Assembly (NCBI RefSeq): GCF_006345805.1
Contig: NC_042998.1
Span: 98,332,001-98,396,000 of the forward strand
Reading direction: 5' to 3'
Source: Octopus sinensis
Taxonomy: Eukaryota
Length of the DNA: 64,000 nucleotides
Position 1 is the first letter of the stretch, and every line of letters starts with the position of its first letter. The position numbers were made by a program, and so were the translations under genes. Below, piece by piece: positions 1 to 11,258 of the stretch. The notes under the pieces are model-generated. The model ran no database searches. It saw only the letters and a program-made list of their open reading frames with translations, and was not told where the DNA came from.

Positions 1-785
1 ATATCTTCATATTTATTCTCAATCAATAATGTATATCTCGATTTGATAATTGTTTTCACACAGATGTTGCTATGAAATGCTAATATTATTTAAATTTTGT
101 TTTGCATTTTTTTTACTAAATTCTGAAATTATATTTTATGCGTATTTGTATCATAAACACTGTTTGCTTTAAAACATAGAAAAGGTACTCTCATTTTAGG
201 AATTTGGTCCCTAATATGTTAAATCTACCTTTTGGTTAATCTCTACAATGTATTTATAAATCTAAAGGTTTATAAGCTTTAGATCTATAAATATATTGAC
301 AAATGAATTTTCATTTCCGTTCAAATTTAGAGACAAAAAAACATACTTATTAAGGATGAAACTTTCTGGCAATGTAAAAAAAAGAGTATGAAAAATATTG
401 TAGATGTGATAATTATGATCTAAGTATTCTGAGGTTATTTAAGCATTTAAAGTATTGCATATCAAAATGATGTTACTAGGCTAGATTAACAAATGTTAAA
501 AGCATATGACTAATAAAAAGCACATTAAAAAAATGAAACAAAGAACAAGCCTTTGTATCAGCTTTAGTGAAAATACAAATCTGATCCAGATTGCAGAAAT
601 AAAAGGCATGAAATAAATGGGGAAAAAAATTATGAAATGATACATTTAATGTCATATAACTTCAGTATGGATTTTTTGTACTAGGAAATAAATGGAATTT
701 CAAATTTTATTGCTGATGAAGTAAGTATCAGTTTGAACACAGGAAACACTCCAGTGTTTCCAAGATAGCCAAGTTGGACTTAAAA

Positions 786-972
786 TAATGGTTTCAAATT
801 TTGGCATGAGGCCAGTAATTTTGGAGGAGGGGATAAGTTGATTATATTGACCCAGTGTTCAACTAGTAATTACTTTATCTACCCTGAAAAGATGAAAGGC
901 AAAATCAGCTTCAATGGAATTTGGATGAAGATGGATGAAATGCTGCTAAGCATTTTATCTGAGGTGATAACA
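786..972 (-). mobile_element. tRNA-derived SINE, family S1 (decayed)
   Basis: Reverse complement matches the copies at 63598-64000 (ctttcatc core, tttgaaaccatta tail). Confidence 0.75.
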
Positions 973-2518
973 ATTTAATTTTAGTTAATTTGAGATTAAA
1001 TTGTAACCCATCTGTAATTGAGAATGATAGAAAGAAACACCAACACTGTAATACTGTTTGAATCCATTGTGTAATAAACTTTAATTTGTGCTAGTTTCTG
1101 GTGTTTGATTAATAACTCATCTACAAAGTCCTTATTTTCTATTCTGTCAAAAATATCTGCATAAATAGAGTAATTATATCACAGGAACAGTTAGACTATG
1201 AAATAGAAATGTGAACTATATTAGTAAGATAGTTTCTTTTTATTGATACTTAAGGCAGCAAGCTGGCAAAATCATTTGCATAAGAGAGTCAATCTCTTCA
1301 ATCAGCTCATAGTGCCGCCTGCCTAGTGTCTGTGACTGAAGAGGAAATAACTATTCCAAAATGCTAGCATCTCCAGTCTGGGTAGGTGGCGCTATGAGCT
1401 GATCTAGGTGTATACACAACATTTGTCAACAAACTGGATTTACTTTCCCTGACAAAATGCAGCGAGTGGCTTGTTCCCCAGTTCAAACTCTCTGTAAGCA
1501 TATTATAACACTACAATTTTATTTATCACTGCTTAGCACTCCATCTCTGAAATGTTTAATGGTATTTCATCTGTACTAACATCCTGAGTTCAAATGTCAT
1601 CCTTTTGGGCTGATAAATTAAGTACCAGTTGAGCATTGGGGCCTGTGTAATCAACTTAACTACTCCTGGGTAAGAGTATAAAAACAGTATCCCTCTGCCA
1701 ATCCATGTTGAGTCAGTGTGGCAGAGTAGGCTCATCAAACCAGTATGATCTCAAGCTCAAATTCAGTCTCCACAACAGACTGTGGTTGGTGGAGGGAACA
1801 TGCTGAGGACTTTGTCCTGCAGTGGACTAAACATAGGTAGTCCAGTCCAAACCTGACCTATATTCACAGTACTCCATTTGTAACAATAGATTGTCACATA
1901 TGCAAAACCACTTAATATTTTAATAATATTGTTTAGTCATAAATATTTGTAATTTCTATTGTATGCTGTATATCTCTTTGATAGTCCATACAATAATTAT
2001 TGTGAGGATTGTATTAAACAATGCAAGTCTCATTTCATTTATTAACATGAACAAAATATTTGAAGTAAATATTGAAAGAAATGAAAATCATCCAAATTGT
2101 TTTCAAAAATTGTCACCTGTTCATGAAAGCTGTGCAGTAATTCTTCACAACCAGATTGTATTAATAGTATTGTATTGTTATTAATGTTATCAAGACGTGT
2201 GATATGAATCTAACTCCAACTTAAGCTGATGTATACCATGTATACTCATTTGTGCAATAAAGGCTGAGAATAGATTCAGTGCTTTCTCAAAATTCCCCAG
2301 ATCAAACATTGCCATATGATGAATAAAATGGAAACCAGTAGACAGAGATAGTTATAACTCTTGTTCTTAAGAAAATTTATATTTTGGGGCAGAATATTAG
2401 AAATAAATGACACTGCTTTTATGGCAGTGACACTCATTCATCTACAGCTATCTCTTGATGTCAGATGAAGGCAACATGAACATACACAATCTACTTAAAG
2501 ACATATATGACAGTTTCT

Positions 2519-2731
2519 TATTTCTTTATTGCCCACAAGGGGCTAAACATAGAGGGGACAAACAAGGACAGACAAAGGGATTAAGTCGATTACATCGACC
2601 CCAGTGCGCAACTGGTACTTAATTTATCGACCCCGAAAGGTTGAAAGGCAAAGTTGACCTCGGCGGAATTTGAACTCGGAACGTAAAGACTGACGAAGTA
2701 CTGCTAATGTTTCTGACAGCTCGCTGCCTTG
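2519..2731 (-). mobile_element. SINE family S1, young copy with target-site duplication
   Basis: CpG-rich core gaaaggcaaagttgacctcggcggaatttgaactc, flanked by tatatgacagtttct at 2504-2518 and 2732-2746. Confidence 0.88.
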
Positions 2732-2764
2732 TATATGACAGTTTCTGCCATTTACGACATATAT

Positions 2765-2890
2765 GACAGTTTCTGCCTACCTAATCCATTCACAAAGTTT
2801 TATTTGACCCAAGGTGCCACGCAATGAGACTGAATCCGAAACCATGTGGTTGGGAAGCAAATTTCTCAACCACATATCCATTCCTGTGCA
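2765..2890 (-). mobile_element. SINE family S2 head fragment
   Basis: cccaaggtgccacgcaatgagactgaatccgaaaccatgtggttggg matches the 39420-39577 copy. Confidence 0.7.
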
Positions 2891-3290
2891 TATATCATCA
2901 TCATTTAACATCCACATTTCATGCTAGCATGGGTTGGACTCCTCTGTAATATGAGAGAGAGATAGAGAGGAAAAGAGTGCAGCAGACTTGATTCCATTAC
3001 CAAACTAATACTTTATTTATCAACCTTAAATGGATGAAAGGCAAAGTTGACTTCAATCTAAAGGGTCTTCAACCTAATATTCACAGCTATTATTTATGGC
3101 TTTGTTTCAACATCCTTTCCAGAACAAAATTATTTCACATGCTCTTAAAGTTTATAAATTCTAACATTTTGATTTAATGTATGAAAATTTTGTTTTTAAT
3201 TATATCCATTTATCTCTTAAAATACTGATGGTATGGAATGAAAAATGTAATTTTTTTATTTATCAATCTTCAATGCTTTCTTTTCATCAG

Positions 3291-3417
3291 AGATTCTTTG
3301 AAAAGACAGATGTGTCAAAAGATGGTCAAGTTAACTTTGCTGAGTTTGTCCAATATGTTGCTGAACATGAGAAGAAACTGCGGCTGTTTTTCCGTAACAT
3401 CGATACAAATCAAGATG
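3291..3417 (+). CDS. SLC25A25: SCaMC mitochondrial ATP-Mg/Pi carrier, exon 2 (127 nt; EF-hand 2 and start of EF-hand 3)
   Basis: Acceptor ttttcatcag|, donor G|gtaagt. Translates RFFEKTDVSKDGQVNFAEFVQYVAEHEKKLRLFFRNIDTNQD-G with EF-hand loops. The symbol is the closest family label; invertebrates usually have one orthologue of SLC25A23/24/25. Confidence 0.95.
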
Positions 3418-6019
3418 GTAAGTGCTTAGTTATTCTTTTTGTTCTACACCATTTCTTGACTTTTGTTTAAATACCTCTTCTTCAGGAGCTCTGCAATGAG
3501 AAACAGCCATTTCTGTAGCAGTTCTTCTTTAGCCCTAAGTTAATCCTAATCAAACAGGCTTATGATCAAAGGTATTCCACCAAGACCGTCCTAACTTTTT
3601 ATGGAGCAACATATGATTTAATGTGTCATTTTTTTTTTTTTTAAGATGACAGGTTGTGATTCAAGGGAGATAGATCTAACTGCTATTTTAGTAGGTGAAG
3701 AGGCTGCATAGCCTCTCTTATTGGCTTATCTCTGAAGAAATTATTTCTAAAAATTGAATATGGTCAGATCAAATCATTAGTGAATATTTACTTGTACTTA
3801 ATGTTTGGAACATTTTATTGATCTAGACCTCAAATCATTCCTTAATCTTAATATATATATATATAATTTAGTACCAAATTGTAAATGAAAATTGTTGTAA
3901 AACATTAATTTATTGTGATATATTGTACTTCTGTTATGTCCCAAACTGTTACCTCATCACATTAAGCCATGTTATTATAATAATTTTGTGGAATATTTTC
4001 CAAACCCTCAACTACAAACTGTCATTTTAAGCAAAATTATCAGATATTTTGTTTTCCATACATAGACATAAGCCTTGGGTTTATAAGCCAGAGGTACAAA
4101 AGATTTGAATGTTTATGCATATCTCAGATTTAGATTTGAAACTATAGTAGTTTCAGGTATCTCAGTGTGCTTAGCATCACACCATGTTGCTTTTAGACAA
4201 CAAAATAATAGATAGCTAACAAAAAGTTGGCTCTTTATGTCATTTAACATTAGGAAGGTATATTGACATTATCAAATAAACACTGATGAAAATTACGAGC
4301 GGAATTAATTTCATTGAAGTTAAGATACCTATTTTATTACCTTCTGTTAGCAAAATGTAGGACTTAGAGAATGGTAGATGGAATTGATGCATTCATGTTC
4401 CAGGTTCAATCCCACTGCTTCATGCATTAAGCTAGTGTCTTTTACTATAGTCTTATGAGTGAAACTTGGCTGATAAAAACTAGAAATCTTTTGTGTATGT
4501 ATGTTTATGTATACCATGTCAGGTCACTCTTAGTGCCAATAATAGTAATATGTAACCAAGTACTACCTGTTACATAATCAGGCTGTTGAGAACTAACCCT
4601 GCCAAGAAGGCAAAGAGGGTGGTTTTCGTTGGATACCCTACAGCAATGCTTCTCAAACTATCTGATGTGGTGTACTGGCAGTTTTTTTTTCCAATGTGCC
4701 AGGTACTGATAATATTTCTTAGTAATATTAATTTATACCAGAAACAATATATATAATGAATATAATAAAAGTTGGCAATTTTTTTTTATCTTATGTTTAT
4801 TTTGTAAACAAATAATACAATATTAGATAAGCATTTTATAATGTTTCTTTCTTTTCTGGAAACTCGCCACTGACCAGTGCCAGTCTGTGGACCACCACTT
4901 TGAGTAGCACTGCCCTACAGGATGAAAAACAAAACCTATCAAAGAGCATATGAACTTAGTAGAGTTAACAACCATCTAACAGCTGGGAGTGAGAGACCCC
5001 TAATCTTTGTTTCAATATCTATCTAGGAAAAAGAAAACTCTGTAACATGTAATTTTGCATTCAACAGCAATATTGAATGTGTTTTAGTTTTCTTAAGTGA
5101 TAGAGTATATTTCTTATCTTTCTTTATACTTCACCTTCAATACTTCATTACTTTTTTTTTTTCCTCCACATTTTAAATAAAAATCTGTGTTATAATTACA
5201 TATTTTCTGACTGATATAGTAATATATTTGTGACAAACCAGCATCACTTTACTGACCAAACTGCTTATTATTTTTAAGTTTTTTTATTATTTTATTATTG
5301 AGTTCTGACTCTGGATAATGGGCGATACCATCTCAAAAATAAGTGTCCAATTATTTGTTTTACTTGCTATATCCTGCTTCAGCAAATTTGAGCTTGTTTA
5401 TCCAACAACGATATTGTGTAGTTGATGTCATAATAAAGTTTAACATTGCTGATAAGCTGTATTGTTTGCTTTCTAGCTTTATCTAAGAGAAAATATATAT
5501 ATAAATCCCTGTCTATCAAGTCAAAGTTGCTGAAAGTAATTGGAATGTAGATGTAACTACAGAAGACCAAAAATGACTTTTTGAAAGTACCTAGTTGGTA
5601 TGCACAAGAACTGGATATATAGTAAAATTATGCTGCACAGATGTGCTCAATCTGTTTGTATCGGAAAAATAAATCCTATTGTCACTGAATAGAGTTTTAT
5701 ATTCAATGAAAGGGTCGATTTTAGAGGTAAAAGAATTATCAGTTGATTTGTTTGTGGGTGAGATGTTTATTGTTACCATCATTTTTTGTGGTATTTTCCT
5801 GACCTAGAATACACGATATATGGAATTAAATAAGTTTTAGTTTGTGAATTGTATCCAGAGTGATCTTTTCTTGTTGCAACTACAGTGAAACAACCTTCCT
5901 TAAATATTAGAAAGTAATTAGTTTAATATATTAAAAATGAAAATGTTGAGGGGTGTTTTTCCGAACACCAAACTATACTTATGTAGGGGAGATAATTGCA
6001 TTTATTTCCCTTACTTTGA

Positions 6020-6195
6020 ATGGCGGGAATTACTGGCAGTCATGAGCGTCCGTTGAGCAACCGTTTCGACAACGTTTCATGAGTACAAAGTGGTTTTACT
6101 GTATTGTTTTCTTGCTTTTTATTTGATGAAAATACTCTTTGATGATTGATAATGTCCTATAAAAATTGCATAGACGTCACAACTTCACTCTATAT
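6020..6195 (+). promoter_or_regulatory. Candidate intronic Pol II promoter in intron 2
   Basis: Six CpGs in 6024-6074 in otherwise CpG-poor DNA. TATAAAA at 6158-6164, GACGTCA at 6173-6179, Inr-type TCACTCT with A at 6187 (TATA at -29). Confidence 0.35.
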
Positions 6196-6689
6196 ATTTA
6201 AAAGCTAATTAAGAAATTGTTACTTTTATTATTGTACGAAGTTAATAATTGAAAGTATTTTAATGGAATATGTATATTTTGTTTGATTATCACTTGAAGG
6301 TAATTTTTTCTTAGAATTTGTATCTTTTTTTTTGTTTAAGTTGTTTAGTTTCGGGTCATGATCAAAAGTATTCCAGTCGTAATCATCTTTTTTAAGGATA
6401 TCTTAAAATATATAATTTAACTTAGTCTCTCTCTATCGAAGGGTATGTGGGTATGTGTAACTACTAGGTCAAATGAGCACGTAGAGACTCTTCATTTAAC
6501 TTCATGTGTTATGCTTACAGACATCAGTAACCATGGATTTCCAACCCGTTCTGTCTATTACACGGCGAAGGTAAAGGATACGTACACCCGGTGGTTAGGC
6601 TCAAGAATCTTGTCTACAGTGGTTTCTTGGCTGTTACAAAGTGTTCAGTTCTCATACAATGGCCATTGAATTTACTCTGCAGTCTTGAA

Positions 6690-6960
6690 GCTCTTCGATG
6701 TTTTCGCACAGGAATAATTATGCGAACTGCTGAATCCAAGTATATAGACAGGACAAAACACCAACAACAACAATATTCATTATGCAGACAACACAGTCCT
6801 CATAGTAACAGAAACAAACATTAGTTAATACTTCTATGAAGTATTAACTAATACTTCTATTAGTTAATATTTCTATGAAGAAGGTGTAAAGATATGTCTG
6901 GATTTTAACAAAACAATCATAAAATAGTACCAGTTTGCCATATAAGAATTAATAGAAAAA
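6690..6960 (+). mobile_element. Decayed RTE-like reverse-transcriptase fragment
   Basis: 6751-6819 reads GQNTNNNNIHYADNTVLIVTETN, matching the NINNLRYADDTVL-type motif of RTE-clade RTs. Confidence 0.55.
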
Positions 6961-7286
6961 TTTTGGAACACATTTTTGTTTATATTTTATGTATCTTTCA
7001 GCATGAATGTAATTTATTTTAATTAGAGCTTTACTCTTCAAAACTTTATATTTTTTCACTTCAGATTTGAAAATATCGATTCCTTTGTATTTCCATATGA
7101 AATTTTCTGATAATTAATTTTCCACTTACAAAAAGCTTTTTTTTTTATGGCAGGTATGACAAATGAAGTTTCAATACTCTACATTGCTGATATTGTATTT
7201 GTATATATACTATTTTGTTTTCTCTCTCTTTTGAAAAAATTTATTTAATACATCTTTATTTCCCTACTTCATTTTCCATTTTTAAG

Positions 7287-7374
7287 GAGCCATTGATGTG
7301 TCAGAAATCATCACATCCTTCAAAAATTTGGGATTACATGTGGATCAAGCCGAGGCTGAAAAGCTCCTGCAAAG
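7287..7374 (+). CDS. SLC25A25: SCaMC exon 3 (88 nt; EF-hand 3)
   Basis: Acceptor ccatttttaag|, donor AG|gttaga. Phase 1 in, phase 2 out. (G)AIDVSEIITSFKNLGLHVDQAEAEKLLQ(R) completes the loop DTNQDGAIDVSE. Confidence 0.95.
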
Positions 7375-9000
7375 GTTAGAATGTTTAAAGCTATACAGTG
7401 ATGGTAGTTATTCTTATGCTGACTATTCCAACAGTTTCTTTGCATCAGTGTTGTTATTTATTTCAGTTGAAACTCACTGGATGTTTCAAACCACTGTCTT
7501 ATAATACTTCTTTGCTTTCTATATATTATCATCTTTACAATATTAGATAAATCAAATTCTAGTTTAATTTCAAAACAAAACTTGGTTTATCATCTTCACT
7601 ATTTCATTTCTAAGTTCAGATCTTGCAAAGGCCAACTTTGCCTTTTATCCTTCAGTAGTCTGTGATAAAAATAAAAAATTTTTTTTCAAAGTCAAGTATC
7701 TGGGTTAATTTAATCAACTTTGTCTTTCCTCAATATTTACTTTTTTTGGTGGGTTGTGATTGTTAGTTAATGAAGCTTCACGTATGATAGTGAAAAAAAT
7801 GTGGTTTCATTGTATAAATTTTTAGCTTTATATTCATAATTCTTTTTTGCTTTTCTCCTCTAAACAATTAAATATAAAGCATCTAACTTCGAAAGAAAAA
7901 GACCAATGTCTGTTTGGTGTTCTTTTTTCCTGTATTTGCAATATGTTGGCTGGTCCTAAAAGCATAGACATTTGCACGCATTGTTGTGGCTATTTTTTTT
8001 TTTAGATACTAATCCCTTCAACTTTGAAAGTGATTCTTGTCTTTAGCTGAGTTAATTGAGGCATGTAAAGTTATATCTTAAGTCAGTGGACATCACACCT
8101 TCAGTTATCTTCAAGCTGTTTTTTCAGTTACCATTAGTTGTTATTTAGCTCCAGATCAGCCCTAACTGAGTAGATCTACAGCCGATGATGTTACAGCCAT
8201 AGCCAGGTTTTTTTTTTTTGACATTGTGTATTTAGGAGACATTATCAAATAAGTCTTTCCCCGCCTTTTTTTTTAAGATGGTCGCGTATGATTTGAAGGC
8301 AATTTGACTTTATTCTCCACAGCTCAAGTAACATAAATGCTTTCTTGTTGGGTTGTAGGTTATTTATTATTGTTACTGTTCAATCTGTTGATTATGTGAT
8401 GCCCAAAGTCTGCTGTTATCATTTGACGTTTCGTGGATTTTAAAGTTAGGACAAGTTTATCTGCAGGATCTGGTTCATCACTTTGGATTTGCTTGTGACA
8501 GCTCCATAGACAACCATTTTATTTGTTCCTATCTTCTTTATTGAAGAAAAGTTTCAATTACATTCATTTGTCCCATTGTGTTACTAGAATTTGACCATAA
8601 TTATTTTGTAATTTATAAAATATTTTTTCAGAAACCAAAGGTCAAAGTATATATTTTGCTGACATTTTTATGTTGTTAAAAAAGAAATGTAGAAGTGGTT
8701 GAAAACATGACATACTAATTTATATTTTTCTTTTTCTGAAACTTTTTTATTGGATTTTAACCTTTGAGCTATTATTCAATCACTGTAGCAGTTTATTATT
8801 GAGTTGATTAATCTAAACGCTTAAGTTTTAGGTTACCAATAGTTTCTCTAAACATTTGAAAAGGCTGCATGAAGATTGTTCTATTTTCTGAGTTTTAATG
8901 TTAAGATGACTGCATCAGAACAATATATGTGATTAGAATATAACTGATACTCTTGTTTGTTGCCCATTTTTAAACCATGTGAGTGTACCTTTTCTTCCAG

Positions 9001-9045
9001 AAATGAGACTTTTGATGCATCTTATAAATCACCATTGTGCTGGGG
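9001..9045 (+). CDS. SLC25A25: Candidate alternative cassette exon of SCaMC (45 nt, +15 aa between exons 3 and 4)
   Basis: Acceptor taccttttcttccag|, donor GG|gtaagg. Length is a multiple of 3, phase 2/2 matches intron 3, no stop: (R)NETFDASYKSPLCW(G). TGCATG at 8866 and 9071. No transcript evidence available. Confidence 0.6.
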
Positions 9046-9858
9046 GTAAGGTCGTGGCTTGTCAGCAATCTGCATGGAAATGTAGGTAAACTAAGATAGA
9101 TCGAGTGGTGTTTATGTGAAAAACCCAGGAATTAGATCCTTAGACAGCTTCTGTTAAGCTATTTGTGTTTGTGGTTTTGTAAATAGCTATTTACTCAGTT
9201 GTGTTGTCTTTTAGACTATTCTTTACCATCACATTTTAGGTGTGTGTTAAAGTTATAAACTTTGTGAAATTGACTAAATTAATTATGCTATTTTCAGATT
9301 AACATTAGAGATCTTTTTTAATAAATATAATTTATAATACTACATATTTAGTGAGCTGTTTTACCTAATAACCTCCTTTAAGAACTTAATTTTGTTTGAT
9401 CTCTAGTTTCCATTCCTTTTTACTATATTTCAAATAGTTAAGTATTTACAGCATGATAGTTGGGTAGTCATTGAAGTGGCTTTTTTATTTTATTTTTATG
9501 TTTTTTCATTTGAATCTGACTTCTGTATTATATAACAATTGTTTGAGATTCTTTATGCTAGAAGAAATGTCTTATTTTCATAAATGTTCTCAAAAGATTC
9601 TGTGGTACTAATGTAAATATTTAATGCTTAAAAATATAATTTTCAGCAGGCCTGTTTCTTTTTCGACTCAAGTTGGTACCTATGTCGACTATCACTTTAT
9701 ATTGAACATCAGTTAATTAATTCATAATACAGTTATTTAAATTTAATTAATATAGCTGATTTTCTTAAAGTGGACTGATACTAGCATTCATGTAAGTACT
9801 TAGTTACAATTTTTTTCTTGTCTTATAAGATTTAAATTTATAATGGATATATATATTA

Positions 9859-11258
9859 TCTAATAAGTAGGAAGGCAGACAAACCACAAATCCCATCAGG
9901 TAGATGGCCCTGCTCGCTCTGTAGAAAAGGCAGAAATTCTATAAGATGTACCCAGTGTAAGCTATGGACACTTAAGAGGTGCAACAGTATCAAAGGAAGG
10001 CCAACTGGGAAGATAGTTTTTGTATGTGGCTGATACTCAGGAGCAATAAACACTGAAAATGTGCAGAGAACAACTTCCACCACATTCCAGGGGGAAAAAC
10101 TAGAAGTAGTTGATAGCTTCCGTTACCTCGGTGACCAAGTCAGTAGCGGGGGTGGGTGCTCTGAAAGTGTAGCTGCTAGAATAAGAATAGCCTGGGCAAA
10201 GTTCAGAGAGCTCCTACCTCTGCTGGTGACAAAGGCCTCTCGCTCAGAGTAAAAGGTAGACTGTATGATGCATGTGTATGAACAGCCATGCTACATGGCA
10301 GTGAAACATGGGCCGTGACTACAAAGGCCATGTGTAAGCTTGCAAGGAGCGAAGCCAGTATGCTCCACTGGATGTGTAATGTCACTGTGCATATTTGACA
10401 GAGTGTAAGTGCCTTGAGAGAAAAGTTGGACCTAAGAAGCATCAGATGTGGTGTGCAAGAGAGACGACTGTGCTGGTATGGTCATGTGGTGAGAATGGAT
10501 GAGGGTAGCTGTGTGAAAAAGTGTCACACTGTAGTGGTTGAGGGAACCTGTGGAAGAGGTAGACCCAGGAAGACCTGGGATGAGGTTGTGAAGCACGACC
10601 ATTGAACATTAGGCCTCACTAAGGCAATGATTAGTGACTGAAACCTTTGGAAATATGCTGTGCTTAAGAAAACCCAGCAAGTCAAGTGAGACCATAACCC
10701 GTGGCCTATGCCAATGGTGTAACAAACCCACTTATGCGTACTTTTCCTTCATTGGGCACTAAATTCTGCTTGCGAAGACTTGTTGAAGCAAGTGAAATCG
10801 AAATCAAATTCGATGACAGCACACATAACTGGCATCCATGCTAGTGGAGTGCTAAGAGCACCATTTGAGTGTGATCGTTGCCAGGGCCGCTGACTAGCTC
10901 CCGTGCTGGTAAAAAGCATGTAAAAAGCACCATTTGAGCGTGATTGTTACCAGCGTCACCTTACTGGCACTTGTGCTGGTGGCATTTGAAAAGCAACATT
11001 CGAGTGAGGTTGTTGCCAGTGCTGCTAGACTGCCTCCTGTGCAGGTGGCACGTAAAAAACACCATTTGAGTGTGGCCATTGCCAGTGGCACGTAAAAGCA
11101 CCCACTATACTCTCAGTGTGATTGGCATTAGGAAGGGCATCCAGCTGTAGAAACTCTGCCAGGTCAGACTGGAGCCTGATGCAGCCATCTGGCTTGCCAG
11201 TCCTCAGTCAAACTGTCCAACCCATGCCAGCATGGAAAGTGGACGTTAAATGATGATG

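Noticed and set aside
1-3290. First coding exon (start codon and EF-hand 1) of SCaMC
   Set aside because: No ORF with an EF-hand loop and a phase-0 donor was found; it probably lies upstream of the window.
8940-8984. Donor CAT|gtgagt at 8979 as a mutually exclusive partner of the 45-nt exon
   Set aside because: TAA at 8971-8973 is in the required frame, and there is no convincing acceptor upstream.
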